From the NCBI GenBank assembly GCA_041178085.1, contig JBEGVZ010000023.1:1-39429 (forward strand): a stretch of DNA of 39,429 nt. Direction: 5' to 3'. The stretch is from Pseudomonadota bacterium (lineage in GTDB: Bacteria; Bdellovibrionota_B; Oligoflexia; Oligoflexales; RGVZ01). Of this stretch, positions 13,037-20,753 are shown in pieces. Made by a program: the position numbers and the translations under genes. Each line of letters begins with the position of its first letter. Position 1 is the stretch's first letter. The notes beneath the pieces were generated by a model. That model saw only the letters and a list, made by a program, of their open reading frames with translations, did no database searches and was not told where the DNA came from.

Positions 13037-14173
13037 CTACTGAGCCCTGGTTTCGCGGATCGGAACCAGAATATGCTTTGACTTGCAATCCACCGGCTCT
13101 TCCCGCGGCACCACAACGATCGGGTCTTCCGCGTCCTTGAACTGCAAGGTCACTTTCTCACTTGGTGTGGTGGCGAAAATTTCCGCTAGGAACTTGCCAT
13201 TCACAACCATGTCGCACTTGGGACCGAAAAACTCTTCGAGCTGGACCGTTTCCTTGCTTTCGGAACTGCCCATGGTCCGAGAGCTTAGGGTAAGAGATGA
13301 CTCGGAAAAGCTCAACTGCAAAGCCCGGCTTTTGTCTGCTGCCAGAAGAACGCGCTTGGCAACGTGCTGGAGCTGGTTTCTGGACACAAGGACTTTGGGG
13401 TTTTTGTTATCCGGGATGACGCCTGCGTATTTTGGGTACTTGACTGCCGAGAGGCGGACAAAGACCTGGTGGTCGGGCACTTCAAGAAGGAGGGTTGTCT
13501 GGTCCTGGGAAATGGATAACCGGATCTTGTCAAAACCCTCGGAGCCAAGGCGAGCAATCTCACCCAGCGCTTTTTTGGACAAACAAATGCCGTTGGCAAG
13601 AAACTCGTCTGGAAGGGGTAAGTCTACTTCGCAATAAGACAAGCGGAATCCATCCGAACCCACCAGTCTGATGCCAGCCCCCTTGCCAGGCCGATGGAGG
13701 TAGCCCACGGTGCCATAGTTCCTTGGGGAGTCGTGGCTGACACAAAATTGGACCTGATCGATCATGTAGACCAGCTTTACCGCCGGAAGTTCAGCCGAGT
13801 TATTCGTGTCAAAGGAAGGCGGATCACGCCAGACGGCCTCATCGACGAGTGGAATCTTCATCATGAACTCTTTGCGCTCACCAGCGGTGATACAAAGCTG
13901 ACGCTCTACGGTCTCAAGGGTGATGTTGCCCTCCGGCAATTCACGGACGACATCCGAAAAGATTTTGGCCGGGACGAAGACAACTCCCTCCTGCTTTGCG
14001 GCGGCAGGAAAGGTGCTGAAAATGGCAAGCATCCGGTCAGCCGCCGTAACTTGCAGGCCTGCATTGGTCACCTTGAGCCCGATGTGTGCCAAGGCTCGTT
14101 CTGTGATCGCTCCTTGGACGCGCTGGATGGCGAGATTGAGAAGTGGTTTTGAAATGGTGACAGAGATGCTCAT
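13037..14173 (-). CDS. dnaN: DNA polymerase III beta sliding clamp
   Basis: 378 aa between dnaA and gyrB. Divergent but recognisable motifs: 'VFVPAKIFSDVVRELP', 'LVGSDGFRLS', 'KYPKY..VIP', 'NGKFL', C-terminal 'LVPIR'. GGAGGG SD upstream. Confidence 0.93.
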   Translation of the reverse strand: MSISVTISKPLLNLAIQRVQGAITERALAHIGLKVTNAGLQVTAADRMLAIFSTFPAAAKQEGVVFVPAKIFSDVVRELPEGNITLETVERQLCITAGERKEFMMKIPLVDEAVWRDPPSFDTNNSAELPAVKLVYMIDQVQFCVSHDSPRNYGTVGYLHRPGKGAGIRLVGSDGFRLSYCEVDLPLPDEFLANGICLSKKALGEIARLGSEGFDKIRLSISQDQTTLLLEVPDHQVFVRLSAVKYPKYAGVIPDNKNPKVLVSRNQLQHVAKRVLLAADKSRALQLSFSESSLTLSSRTMGSSESKETVQLEEFFGPKCDMVVNGKFLAEIFATTPSEKVTLQFKDAEDPIVVVPREEPVDCKSKHILVPIRETRAQ

Positions 14174-14233
14174 GACATTACCCTCCGAAAGTGGGGCTTT
14201 CCCCCACTGTATTAAGTAAGAATGTTTTTCTCT

Positions 14234-14251
14234 TAACAGTCGAAGAAGTAG
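14234..14251 (+). promoter_or_regulatory. DnaA-trio-like repeats (unwinding element)
   Basis: TAA CAG TCG AAG AAG TAG (5 of 6 triplets NAN; minus strand CTACTTCTTCGACTGTTA). Flanked by AT-rich DNA on one side and a degenerate DnaA box on the other. Confidence 0.6.
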
Positions 14252-14265
14252 AGAGCGTCAACGAC

Positions 14266-14274
14266 TGGGGAGAA
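14266..14274 (-). promoter_or_regulatory. Degenerate DnaA box adjacent to the trios
   Basis: TTCTCCCCA on the minus strand, 7/9 match to TTATCCACA, 14 nt from the trios. Confidence 0.5.
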
Positions 14275-14340
14275 CTTTTTAAGTATCTGTTATTAAACAT
14301 GAAATAGGTGTTTATTTGGCCGGCAATCCTGCCGCGAAAC

Positions 14341-14349
14341 TGTGGATAA
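14341..14349 (-). promoter_or_regulatory. DnaA box (perfect)
   Basis: TGTGGATAA = TTATCCACA on the minus strand. Confidence 0.9.
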
Positions 14350-14389
14350 GTTGGGGTCGGGGAGTGGGTGAAGGGGACGTGGTCCGCCC

Positions 14390-14398
14390 TTGTCCACG
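14390..14398 (+). promoter_or_regulatory. DnaA box (2 mismatches)
   Basis: TTGTCCACG within oriC. Confidence 0.5.
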
Positions 14399-14457
14399 GT
14401 TTACCAATAGGCAATCCCTCTGGCTGCCAAGAGGTTTTACCATGATTGGCCAACATG

Positions 14458-14478
14458 TTACCCACACCTTTATCCACC
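14458..14478 (+). promoter_or_regulatory. Tandem DnaA boxes (1 mismatch each)
   Basis: TTACCCACA (14458-14466) and TTATCCACC (14470-14478), 3 nt apart. Confidence 0.75.
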
Positions 14479-14495
14479 GGTTTTTGTCCTGTTTG

Positions 14496-15956
14496 TCAGT
14501 GAACCTGTTCGAGCTGGCGTTCCAGGGATTCCACGTGCGCCTTGAGGTCAAGATCCCGCGCCAGTGATTCTTCGATCTTTTTAACATTGTGCATGACCGT
14601 TGTGTGGTCCTTGCCACCGAATTTCTCGCCGATCTCAGGGAACGAAGCGCCGGTCATTTTTCTTGCAAGGTACATTGCGATTTGACGTGGATGAGCAAAG
14701 GCCCTTTGGCGGCGTTTGGACTTCAGGTCGGCAACTTTGAGCTTGAAATGGTCGGCGACGGTTTTGAGCACGTGCTCAACAGTTAGCCGTTTCGGTGGTT
14801 CACCGAGCACGTCCTTAAAGGTCTCGAGCGCTAGTTCCATGTTTAGCGGGCGAGCGTGCAGGTTTGAGAAGGCATGAAGCCGGTGCAGCGCACCTTCGAG
14901 TTCACGGATATTCCTCTTGGCGTGGCGGGCGATGTATTCGGCGACATCTGCGGCCAGGGTGACACCGATTTGTTCGGCTTTTTTGTTCAAGATCGCGATG
15001 CGGTGTTCCAGGTCCGGCGGTTGGATGTCGGCGATGAGTCCCCACTGGAAGCGGTTGCGAAGCCTGTCCTCGATGTCCGGAATATCTTGCGGGAAAAGGT
15101 CAGAGGTAAGGACAATTTGTTTTTTCGCTGCATAAAGCGTGTTGAACGTGTGGAAAAATTCTTCCTGTGTGGTCTTTTTGTTTGCGATGAATTGGATGTC
15201 GTCGATCATGAGAATGTCACAGAACCGGTATTTTTGCCGGAAATCCCACATTTTGTTGTGACGCAGGCAATGAATCATCTCGTTCATGAAGTTTTCGCTG
15301 CTGATGTAGGTGACTACAGCGCGTGGATTTTTTTGTAGCACGCGGTTGCCTACGGCATGCAGAAGGTGTGTCTTGCCGAGGCCGGTGCTCCCGTAAATGA
15401 ATAGCGGGTTGTAGGCGGCGCCCGGGTTATCGGCAACGCTCATGCACGTTGCCATGGCGAACTGGTTGCTGGTACCGCGAACGAAATTGTCAAATGTGTA
15501 ATCGGTTTTTAGTCCGACATCCCGCGATAGCGCGCGGGAGAACGCCGAGTTGGCACCTTGCATTGGCTGTTGGTTCGTGGTCGGGACGGAGGCTCCGTCG
15601 TCGAGAAGTTGCTTGCGGGGCGCGTCCGCTTCGTCGGGGAAGATGTCACACTCGGGAATTTCCATTCCTCCAGGACCGTCGAGGCTGATCAGATTCTCGA
15701 CAGATTCTCCTACCTCAAATCGAAGGTCTATTTGAGTGAGGCCCAATGCCGATTTGGCTTTATTGAAATGGTCTGCGAATTCGTTAATGAGTCCTTGGTA
15801 GTAGACTGGGTTTGGCAGTGCAACAGTCAGAGCGCTGGCCGAGGAGCGGGAGTTGTCGATGGATAAAGGTTCGATCCATTGCGTAAAACGCGCCTGGTCG
15901 ATGTTGCCTTTGAGGTACGTTTTGATGGATTGCCAGATTTGATCGGTGCTATTCAC
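14496..15956 (-). CDS. dnaA: Chromosomal replication initiator DnaA
   Basis: 'YTFDNFV', 'YNPLFIYGSTGLGKTHLL', 'IDDIQF', 'QEEFFHTFN', 'RELEGAL', and domain IV 'EIGEKFGGKDHTTVMH'. GTG start. Confidence 0.98.
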   Translation of the reverse strand: MNSTDQIWQSIKTYLKGNIDQARFTQWIEPLSIDNSRSSASALTVALPNPVYYQGLINEFADHFNKAKSALGLTQIDLRFEVGESVENLISLDGPGGMEIPECDIFPDEADAPRKQLLDDGASVPTTNQQPMQGANSAFSRALSRDVGLKTDYTFDNFVRGTSNQFAMATCMSVADNPGAAYNPLFIYGSTGLGKTHLLHAVGNRVLQKNPRAVVTYISSENFMNEMIHCLRHNKMWDFRQKYRFCDILMIDDIQFIANKKTTQEEFFHTFNTLYAAKKQIVLTSDLFPQDIPDIEDRLRNRFQWGLIADIQPPDLEHRIAILNKKAEQIGVTLAADVAEYIARHAKRNIRELEGALHRLHAFSNLHARPLNMELALETFKDVLGEPPKRLTVEHVLKTVADHFKLKVADLKSKRRQRAFAHPRQIAMYLARKMTGASFPEIGEKFGGKDHTTVMHNVKKIEESLARDLDLKAHVESLERQLEQVH

Positions 15957-16070
15957 AAATACATTCCCGTCTGAGACGTGGATTCAACGACTTGCAGGAT
16001 GAAACTGGATCATCCGGCGCTGTGCCAGTGACAAGTTCGTGTCATGTGGTGTCAGTCAAAAACTGGTGGC

Positions 16071-16100
16071 AAGTTAGCACGTCGTTGTTTTTTTGTGCAA
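16071..16100 (-). promoter_or_regulatory. Candidate sigma70 promoter for dnaA
   Basis: Minus strand TTGCAC-N18-TAACTT with extended -10 TGn, about 115 nt upstream of the dnaA start. Confidence 0.5.
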
Positions 16101-16171
16101 GGTTCCTTTGGAAAAGAATTTCCCTGCAAAAACGGGTATTTGCAATACATTAGTTCGGCTTAAAATGGATT

Positions 16172-16180
16172 TTATCCACA
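16172..16180 (+). promoter_or_regulatory. DnaA box (perfect) in the dnaA/atp divergent intergenic region
   Basis: TTATCCACA exact match in an AT-rich context. Confidence 0.85.
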
Positions 16181-16236
16181 GGTGATTTTATGTTGATCTC
16201 ATTAAAAATAAGTTTGTCGATGGCTGCGGGGGTGGG

Positions 16237-16512
16237 ATGTCAATGAACAAGATGACGCGCGGGTTTAGTTACCTGCTCGCTGTTAACTTCGAAGTTCTGG
16301 TGGTTATTTTTGGCGCCTGGGGTGCTGCGAAATGGCTTGATGCCGAATATCCCCAAAGCTTCCGGTGGTTGATGGTGACTGTGCCGCTGGCTTTCATTGT
16401 GATCGCTCACAGCTTCTATGCAGTTATTCGTGCGCTGATGAGGCTGGATTCGCAAAGCAAATCCGGCGACGAAATTGAGAAAACACCAAAGTCTTCTGGG
16501 AACAATCCTTAA
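16237..16512 (+). CDS. AtpZ/AtpI-family (ATPase gene 1) small membrane protein
   Basis: 91 aa, two hydrophobic segments around 'KWLD..YP..W'. First gene ahead of atpB. Alternative ATG at 16243. Confidence 0.75.
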   Translation: MSMNKMTRGFSYLLAVNFEVLVVIFGAWGAAKWLDAEYPQSFRWLMVTVPLAFIVIAHSFYAVIRALMRLDSQSKSGDEIEKTPKSSGNNP

Positions 16513-16523
16513 ATGCGAAGGGA

Positions 16524-16901
16524 TTGGCAGTGATTCTGGCGACATCCCGGTCCGGGGCGGAGTCTTTTTTGGGTGGTGTAGGCGTATTCGTGCTGCTCGG
16601 GCTGACCGTGGCCGTGCAGGTTTGGTTTCTTTTTGGGAGGGTGCCGGTTGTTGCGGTAGACGGGAGCAATGGCGAAGGCCAGACAGTGCCAGTACGCAGG
16701 GTTTGGTGGCGAGCTCTGGCTCTGTTCCTGCTGATGGCAGCCAAGACCGCAATTGTTGGTGGAAGTGTTTATTGGTGTTTGTGGGTGAGGAAGATGACGT
16801 TGTTTCCCTTTGCTGGTGGCTTAGTGGTTGGGCTTTTTATTTTTCTTTCAATCTCGCTACTATCCCGTTCCAGGCTTGCAAAAATGCGAAAATACCACTA
16901 G
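16524..16901 (+). CDS. ATP synthase protein I-like membrane protein
   Basis: About 125 aa, hydrophobic, with 'SFLGG', a Lys within a TM segment ('AAKTAIV') and 'FAGGL'. Position between atpZ and atpB. Start TTG 16524 or GTG 16530. Confidence 0.65.
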   Translation: MAVILATSRSGAESFLGGVGVFVLLGLTVAVQVWFLFGRVPVVAVDGSNGEGQTVPVRRVWWRALALFLLMAAKTAIVGGSVYWCLWVRKMTLFPFAGGLVVGLFIFLSISLLSRSRLAKMRKYH

Positions 16902-16993
16902 GCAGCGGTCGGCGTTTGATTTATCGTCCCGGGCCGAAAGAGTTTTGATTGGTGGCCTTCTCGGCAAATAATAGCGCAGGTGGGGTATCCTTT

Positions 16994-17770
16994 GTGCGTC
17001 GGCTGATGGCAATCGTTGCAGGCACTTTGTTGGGATCGTTGCCCGCCGTGGCGGCTTCCGGCGGTATCGTCGACTGGTACCCCGTAACCCTTGCTGCTCT
17101 TGGCTTCAGTGATCATGGCAGTCACGTATTTGCGCCGGTCGCAAGTTCGGTTCTGGTTACGCTGCTCATCCTTGGGATGGGTATCCGTTTTTCATCTAGT
17201 GTCAATTCTTCCGGTGATGACGTCATTCCCCAGTCCCGCTTTGGCTTGCGGAGCCTGGTGGAGATGATTCTTGATTTCGTTTACGGTCTTGCCAAGGACA
17301 ATTGTGGTCACGAGTACCGCCGCTTTTTGACTCTCCTCGCGACGATTTTCATTTTCATTCTGGCTACTAACCTCAGCGGTCTTGTTCCTGGCTTTACCCC
17401 AGCGACGGTCGATATAAGCACCAATTTGGCGATGGGTTTGACGGTGTTCCTGACATACAACATCGCGGGCTTCCGCGAGCACGGGCCAGGGTACCTTAAG
17501 CAGTTCTGGGGTCCGGTGTGGTGGATTGGTCCATTGTTTGTTTTCATTGAACTCGTCAGTCACATGTCGCGGCCGTTCTCTCTTAGCCTGCGCCTGTCCG
17601 GAAATATTTTCGCCGATCACTTGATTCTTAGTGTTTTCACGGGGTTGACGTACGTTATTGCTCCTTCGTTGCTAATGTTCTTCGGGTTGATCGTGGCAGG
17701 AATGCAAAGTTTCGTGTTTACGCTTTTGACGAGCATTTATGTATCCATGGCGATTTCACACGACCACTGA
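16994..17770 (+). CDS. atpB: ATP synthase Fo subunit a
   Basis: 'NLSGLVPG', 'ELVSHMSRPFSLSLRLSGNIFADH' (essential Arg), 'QSFVFTLLTSIY'. GTG at 16994 chosen for the GGTGGGG SD; ORF track start is 16949. Confidence 0.95.
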   Translation: MRRLMAIVAGTLLGSLPAVAASGGIVDWYPVTLAALGFSDHGSHVFAPVASSVLVTLLILGMGIRFSSSVNSSGDDVIPQSRFGLRSLVEMILDFVYGLAKDNCGHEYRRFLTLLATIFIFILATNLSGLVPGFTPATVDISTNLAMGLTVFLTYNIAGFREHGPGYLKQFWGPVWWIGPLFVFIELVSHMSRPFSLSLRLSGNIFADHLILSVFTGLTYVIAPSLLMFFGLIVAGMQSFVFTLLTSIYVSMAISHDH

Positions 17771-17815
17771 TGTGTCGTGCAGTGTGGTTCGCATTTTTTT
17801 ATTGAGGGTTGAGTT

Positions 17816-18136
17816 ATGAAAAAGATCGTTTCAGCAGCAACTGTGGTTGGAAGCATGTTGGCAGCCACCTCTGCTTTTGCAGAAGGTGCAGAGGCGGCAG
17901 CGGCTTCTACGGGTTCAAATGGCCTCGTGGCCCTTGCCTCCTGTTTGGCGATTGGTGTTGCGGCCTTTGGCGCAGCGACTAGCCAAGGTAAGGCTGTGGC
18001 AGCGGCTCTTGAGGGTATCGGACGCAATCCGAACGCTCGCGACCAGCTTTTCATGCCGATGATTCTCGGTTTGGTTTTCATGGAATTCCAGGCACTCATG
18101 GGTTTCATCGTCGCGTTCCTCTGGTACAGCAAGTAA
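17816..18136 (+). CDS. atpE: ATP synthase Fo subunit c with N-terminal signal-like extension
   Basis: Hairpin with loop 'GIGRNP' and carboxylate Glu in 'LVFMEFQAL'. GAGGG SD upstream. Confidence 0.95.
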   Translation: MKKIVSAATVVGSMLAATSAFAEGAEAAAASTGSNGLVALASCLAIGVAAFGAATSQGKAVAAALEGIGRNPNARDQLFMPMILGLVFMEFQALMGFIVAFLWYSK

Positions 18137-18156
18137 TCCTGAACTGTTTTGAGAGT

Positions 18157-18189
18157 AAAAGACCGCCCTGTTTGGGGCGGTTTTTTTTT
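18157..18189 (+). terminator. Rho-independent terminator after atpE
   Basis: AAAA-GACCGCCC-tgtttg-GGGCGGTT followed by a T tract (9 T in total). Confidence 0.9.
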
Positions 18190-18192
18190 GAC

Positions 18193-18208
18193 TGTTCCAC
18201 GTGGAACA
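18193..18208. promoter_or_regulatory. parS: parS site 1
   Basis: Perfect palindrome TGTTCCACGTGGAACA. Confidence 0.95.
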
Positions 18209-18254
18209 ATGCGCGACACTAGAGTGGGTTGGGGGGGGTGCTTTTATTTCCGAA

Positions 18255-18270
18255 TGTTCCACGTGGAACA
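18255..18270. promoter_or_regulatory. parS: parS site 2
   Basis: Perfect palindrome TGTTCCACGTGGAACA. Confidence 0.95.
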
Positions 18271-18302
18271 ATGGGTTCCATAACCTCTCGAAGGTTGTGC
18301 AA

Positions 18303-18318
18303 CGTTCCACGTGGAACA
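18303..18318. promoter_or_regulatory. parS: parS site 3
   Basis: CGTTCCACGTGGAACA, one terminal mismatch. Confidence 0.92.
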
Positions 18319-18341
18319 TCGCATTTCAGCGAATGATGATC

Positions 18342-18370
18342 TTGCCTCAGTTGAGCGCCTGCGGTAATGT
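18342..18370 (+). promoter_or_regulatory. Candidate sigma70 promoter for parAB
   Basis: TTGCCT-N17-TAATGT, 39 nt upstream of the parA ATG and downstream of the atpE terminator. Confidence 0.5.
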
Positions 18371-18409
18371 CCCGGTCAATTCTTCCTGTTACGAGTTGAG
18401 GCTCTATCG

Positions 18410-19240
18410 ATGGCGCGAATCATTGCCGTTTCAAATCAAAAGGGTGGTGTGGGCAAGACAACTACGGCTGTTAACATAGCCGCCTGTCTAGCTGCCGCCG
18501 AAAAAAAGGTGTTATTAGTCGACCTCGACCCCCAGGCCAACGCAGCAAGCGGCCTCGGTTTTGCTGCCGGAGAAATCTCCGAAAGCATGTACTCCGTCTT
18601 GGTCGATGAAATGCCCATCAAGAAAATCATCCTAAGCACGGAACTAAAGTGCCTCGATTTGGCCCCCGCCAACCAGGATTTGATTGGCGCCGAGATTGAG
18701 CTTGTAACCGCTATTGGCAGAGAAGTTCGTCTGAAGGACGCTCTGACTCAAGTCAAAGACCAGTATGATTTCGTTGTGATCGATTGTCCGCCAGCATTGG
18801 GTATACTTACCGTAAATGCACTGACCGCGGCCGATTCAGTGCTCATCCCACTCCAATGCGAGTATTACGCGATGGAGGGGCTATCCCAGCTGTTAAAGAC
18901 AATTACCTTGATTAAAAAACGCCTGAACCCGGAATTGCAGAAGGAGGGGATCCTTCTCACTATGTACGACCGCCGCAACAACCTTAGCTTCCAGGTCGAA
19001 CAAGATATTCGTAGTCATTTCGGTGACGAAGTTTTCAAAACCGTGATTCCCCGGAATGTGAAGCTTTCCGAGGCGCCGTCCCATGGCAAGCCAGTGATTC
19101 TCTACGATATCGGAAGTTCGGGGGCAGCCGCCTACATGGAGGTAGCCGCTGAACTGATAAAACGGCACCACTCTTCCGATGATAGCCAGCAAGTTATTCC
19201 ATCCAACCGCGGGCAAGAATACCCGCATCTCGGGGGCTGA
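18410..19240 (+). CDS. parA: Chromosome partitioning ATPase ParA/Soj
   Basis: Deviant Walker A 'NQKGGVGKTTT', 'DLDPQAN', 'IDCPP', 'QCEYYAMEG', 'IPRNVKLSEAPSHG'. Confidence 0.97.
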   Translation: MARIIAVSNQKGGVGKTTTAVNIAACLAAAEKKVLLVDLDPQANAASGLGFAAGEISESMYSVLVDEMPIKKIILSTELKCLDLAPANQDLIGAEIELVTAIGREVRLKDALTQVKDQYDFVVIDCPPALGILTVNALTAADSVLIPLQCEYYAMEGLSQLLKTITLIKKRLNPELQKEGILLTMYDRRNNLSFQVEQDIRSHFGDEVFKTVIPRNVKLSEAPSHGKPVILYDIGSSGAAAYMEVAAELIKRHHSSDDSQQVIPSNRGQEYPHLGG

Positions 19241-19242
19241 TC

Positions 19243-20187
19243 ATGACAATGAACGACAGGACAACCCGCCGGGGCGCACTAGGTAAAGGAATCACTTCGC
19301 TTTTGGGCGATTTTTCTGAAAATACAGCAGCGCCTGTTGCCAGCCGACCAGATGCTGCTGAGACTCTTCGGGAACGGCCGTCCGTCAAGGACGGATACGG
19401 TGCTTTGTTGATTGATGTGACCAGCATCGAGCCGAATCCCCAACAGCCCCGAAAGCTGTTTGACGACAAGGCGCTAGGTGAGTTGGCGGCTAGCCTTCGC
19501 CAGGACGGCTTTCTTCAGCCCATCGTCGTCAGTCGCATGCAAGATAAACCCGGCAAATTCATGATTGTTGCCGGGGAACGCCGCTGGCGCGCTTCCCAGT
19601 TGGCGGGGTTGCAATCGGTTCCGGTAATTGTCAAAGAAGGGGCGGAGGACGACCTTCTACGCCTTGCGCTGATCGAGAATATTCAGAGGCAAGACCTTAA
19701 TATTATTGAGGAAGCTGAGGCTTATCAGGCCTTGATCAAGGATTACGGCCTGACCCAGGAACAGTGCGCGGACCGTGTTGGAAAGGATCGTACGTCGGTC
19801 ACCAATGCGCTGCGATTGTTGTCTCTGCCCAAGGAGCTGCAAGACGACCTGCTGGAGGACCGGTTGACCATGGGGCATGGCAAGGCGCTTTTGTCTCTCG
19901 AAGATAAAAAGCTGATCCTGCGTGCCCGCGACATGGTTATCAAAAAGCAGATGAGTGTCCGCCAGACGGAACAGCTGTGCCGCGGCCTCAAGCGTGGCGG
20001 CGACCTGTCAGACAAGCCGCGCGGCCCCAAAAACCAGGCCGATCTTGAATACCTGTCAGAAAATCTCAAGTCGAGGTTGCGCACCAAAGTAAAAATTCTG
20101 GGCAATGGGGTCCGCGGGAAAATCGAAATTTCCTATTTCTCTGCCCAGGAGCTGGAACGACTGCTCGCGGTCCTTGGCGAAAAGTAG
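19243..20187 (+). CDS. parB: Chromosome partitioning protein ParB/Spo0J
   Basis: N-terminal 'LGKGI..L', 'PNPQQPRK', CTP-binding 'AGERRWRA', 'ENIQRQDL', HTH 'LTQEQCADRVGKDRTSVTN'. Confidence 0.97.
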   Translation: MTMNDRTTRRGALGKGITSLLGDFSENTAAPVASRPDAAETLRERPSVKDGYGALLIDVTSIEPNPQQPRKLFDDKALGELAASLRQDGFLQPIVVSRMQDKPGKFMIVAGERRWRASQLAGLQSVPVIVKEGAEDDLLRLALIENIQRQDLNIIEEAEAYQALIKDYGLTQEQCADRVGKDRTSVTNALRLLSLPKELQDDLLEDRLTMGHGKALLSLEDKKLILRARDMVIKKQMSVRQTEQLCRGLKRGGDLSDKPRGPKNQADLEYLSENLKSRLRTKVKILGNGVRGKIEISYFSAQELERLLAVLGEK

Positions 20188-20306
20188 ACGAAAAAACCTG
20201 GCGATTTCTGCAAATACACCTTGAGCCGCCCGATTTTCTTGAGTAAAAATCGCCGGCCACTCTTGGTGGTTTTCGACCATTTGCATCAAGGTAGACAGGT
20301 CCACTC

Positions 20307-20744
20307 ATGGCACAACTGAACCTCGCACCAGTCCCCTCCGTTGTCGCAATCCAAGCTGTTGTTTTTCTCGTCAACATGGTGATCATCCGGAAGCTCTTCC
20401 TTGACCCTTACCTCCGTCTGCGCGCCCGGCGTGACGCGCTGACTGCAGGAAGTAAGGCAGATGCCAATCGCTTGCTTTTTGAATGCGACGAGATTGCTGC
20501 CAAGGTTCAGGAGCAGATTGACACCGCTGCGGCTGTGGCCGCATCTGACCGGGAGCGCATCAAGACAGAGGCGATGAACAAGCGCTCAGGGATCATCAGC
20601 GCTGCTGAAGAAAAAGCAAAAAATGAGTTTGATTCGGTTGCATCGCGGATCAAGCAAGAAGTGATTGAACAACGTCGTTTGCTGCCGCAGGTGATTGAGC
20701 GACTTACAGATGAAGTTTTCAAACTAGCAACGAACAAGCACTAG
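20307..20744 (+). CDS. ATP synthase Fo subunit b'
   Basis: N-terminal TM, 'LF..P......R', then Ala/Glu/Lys-rich coiled coil. First of two b-type genes before atpH. Confidence 0.85.
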   Translation: MAQLNLAPVPSVVAIQAVVFLVNMVIIRKLFLDPYLRLRARRDALTAGSKADANRLLFECDEIAAKVQEQIDTAAAVAASDRERIKTEAMNKRSGIISAAEEKAKNEFDSVASRIKQEVIEQRRLLPQVIERLTDEVFKLATNKH

Positions 20745-20753
20745 GAACCGACC

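Larger units (their letters stand above)
14174..14495. other. oriC: Probable chromosomal replication origin (oriC)
   Basis: 322-bp dnaA-dnaN spacer with several DnaA boxes, DnaA-trio-like triplets and an AT-rich segment next to dnaN. Gene strand polarity switches nearby. Confidence 0.85.

Noticed and set aside
14178..14617. Small ORFs spanning the dnaA-dnaN spacer
   Set aside because: They overlap the DnaA boxes and AT-rich origin and have no protein-like features.
16475..16948. 157-aa alternative plus-strand ORF over the atpI position
   Set aside because: Cys/Trp/Arg-rich shadow frame overlapping atpZ. The 16524 frame gives a coherent membrane protein.
16237..18136. Strong G+T richness of the plus strand suggesting foreign DNA
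   Set aside because: Explained by hydrophobic membrane-protein codons plus probable leading-strand bias. No mobility genes or boundary repeats are visible.
18193..18318. Three identical short repeats resembling a mini-CRISPR
   Set aside because: They are 16-bp parS palindromes with unequal spacing next to parAB, and there are no cas genes.
17915..18319. ORF beginning 'MFHVER...LFHVEH' on the minus strand (and 18201..18479 on plus)
   Set aside because: The FHVE and STWN peptides are translations of the parS palindromes. The minus-strand ORF also crosses a terminator and atpE antisense.
20231..20252. Inverted repeat CGATTTT..AAAATCG between parB and atpF'
   Set aside because: AT-rich weak stem with no U tract, so it cannot be called a terminator. 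A promoter here is possible but not supportable from sequence alone.
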